The notes under the pieces are model-generated. The model was given only the letters and a program-made list of their open reading frames with translations, was not told the DNA's origin and did not search any database. 64,000 bases of DNA from Octopus sinensis (Eukaryota): positions 26,226,001 to 26,290,000 of the forward strand of contig NC_043005.1 in assembly GCF_006345805.1 (NCBI RefSeq). The letters are read 5' to 3'. Position 1 is the first letter of the stretch. Every line of letters begins with the position of its first letter. A program made the position numbers and the translations under genes. Positions 62,400-64,000 of this stretch are shown here, piece after piece.

Positions 62400-63780
62400 T
62401 GCTTCCAACCCACAGGCATTATACAGAGAGATCTATAAGTACTGAACTATAAGTATTGGGATGCCTGTCTATGTAGCAGAGTGGCATCATTCGAAAACTA
62501 CTATGCAAGGAAGCGCATTGTGACCAGCAGTGTGTAACAACACTTGGTAGTTTTACTTTTAAGAGAATCTCCTTTCGAAAAAGATCTTAAATTATACAGG
62601 ACTAGATCTGGAACGAGAAAAGGGATTCCAACCTTAATGTATCGTGGCTAAATACAGTTAAGGGAGAACAGTATACCAATATTGACAGTAAAACATACAC
62701 AGCTAATTGGTAACTTACACTGGAGCTGTAAGCAAACTACATAATGGGAAGACCCCTGGAAGAGATCTAATAGATGGATATTGTTACCAGAGTTTGATAT
62801 CTTGTGGAATGTCAGACTGACATAGCACATAGGCTTACTATAGCACGAGCGAATCTTGTAACCACCGAGTTGATAGAGAACTATAGACCCATTGCTTTCC
62901 TAAATATTATATGCAAACTATACACAAGCTGCCTCAACCAATTCCTCCAGGATCATTGAGTTTGAGTCCCACAACATTGTGACTGATGAACAGGCAAGTG
63001 GAAAGAAATGAGCGTGAGAATGTACCGAACAGATTTTGATAAAAGGAAACTGTGCTGTCTGAAGTAAGAAAACACTTTGGAAGCCCTGTGTCGCTATGGC
63101 TTGATTACAGGAAAGCATCCGACTTTATTCCCCACTCATAATTGAGGAAATGTCTATATTTAATAAAATCACCTGCTACCTTAATTGCTGCTGTTCAGAG
63201 GCTCACAAAGACCCGGACAAAATTCTCACACTTACAACTGAAAGCGACACGATCGCCTGCGATGTTATAAATATTTCACGGGGAATATTCCAAGGACATA
63301 GTCCCTCTGTACCCCAGTTCATTTTGGCGTTAAGCGCATTAACATTCCTGCTACGAAAATCAAATGTTGGAATTAGCACAAGTGCTACAAATGCAGTGTG
63401 AGATGTCTTGTGAGAGGAGAGTTCCGACTGCAATACTTTTCTTGGTCTTGTGTAGTATTCTTGGGTCAGTCTGTCTTTATTCAAAGAACCTTCCAGTGAT
63501 ACATCATTGCTTAAGCATTTTTAGAATTCTTTGTGTGGAACTGGAGGGATACAGAGACTTGTTGCATAGGTTTCGGGTTTAGGGGACTGATTTTCCGCGT
63601 TCAAAAATCAAATACGAACATTTTTTATGGCCAAATTCATTCCTATATCTGATGAATATATTAAATTCAACCCTTTTTTGACATTATATACAATTTTAGC
63701 ACAGATCTCTTGGTCATCCACAAAGAAATTATGGGTTTCATTAATATCTCTTGCAGCTTCAGACAACAACAACAACAACA
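62400..63780. mobile_element. R4-clade RT remnant with an inverted internal segment (~63361-63780)
   Basis: Plus strand NYRPIAFLNIICKLYTSCLN..RGIFQGHSPS..; minus strand THNFFVDD..DIGM and EYYTRPRKVLQSELSS. Confidence 0.75.
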
Positions 63781-63789
63781 ACACAACAA

Positions 63790-64000
63790 CAACAACAACA
63801 ACAACAACAACACCAACAACAACAACATCGAAAAATACCTTAGGAATGAGAACCCAGGTTCGAAATTTCCCCAAAATACCTGATGAAGGTTGGAGGGTAT
63901 ATCATCCGAAAAGTCATGTTAACAACAAACAAGATGAATACAAATATCCGTCAAATGTAAATAATGTAAATAATCTTGACATCAATTGGAAACTTCCACA
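63790..64000 (+). mobile_element. (CAA)n plus Penelope-like tail with a degenerate hammerhead
   Basis: CTGATGA-A-GGTTG..CATCC-GAAAAGTC at 63880-63915; AATGTAAAT tail repeats. Confidence 0.55.

Overview
Eukaryotic, AT-rich, microsatellite-saturated DNA. It is probably cephalopod (Octopus-like), inferred only from the repeat make-up. No host protein-coding gene can be supported, and nearly all ORFs in the track are translations of (AC)n, (AT)n, (ACAT)n or (GATA)n repeats. The first half (3.8-31.9 kb) is a co-oriented tRNA-Ser cluster of 13 copies: 7 intact (5 AGA, 2 TGA), 1 AGA copy with a 1-nt deletion, and 5 pseudogenes. Most copies carry a positionally fixed upstream motif at about -29. Inside the cluster is a full-length 5.4-kb Tx1-type (L1 clade) LINE whose two junctions coincide exactly with a ~600-bp direct duplication that copies one tRNA gene. 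The rest is transposable-element debris: four tRNA-derived SINE families (A-D are my own labels), a second Tx1 family in (TATC)n, R4/Dong-like RLE LINE tails in (ACAT)n, RTE and CR1 fragments, Penelope-like tails with hammerhead-ribozyme motifs, Merlin, mariner, hAT and piggyBac remnants and MITEs, two minisatellites (33 bp and 52 bp), and a 3 x 1.9-kb tandem array. tRNA, TSD, TIR and hairpin coordinates were counted base by base. Boundaries of degraded TE fragments are approximate (about +/-10-30 bp). Family assignments come from recalled motifs, not database searches.
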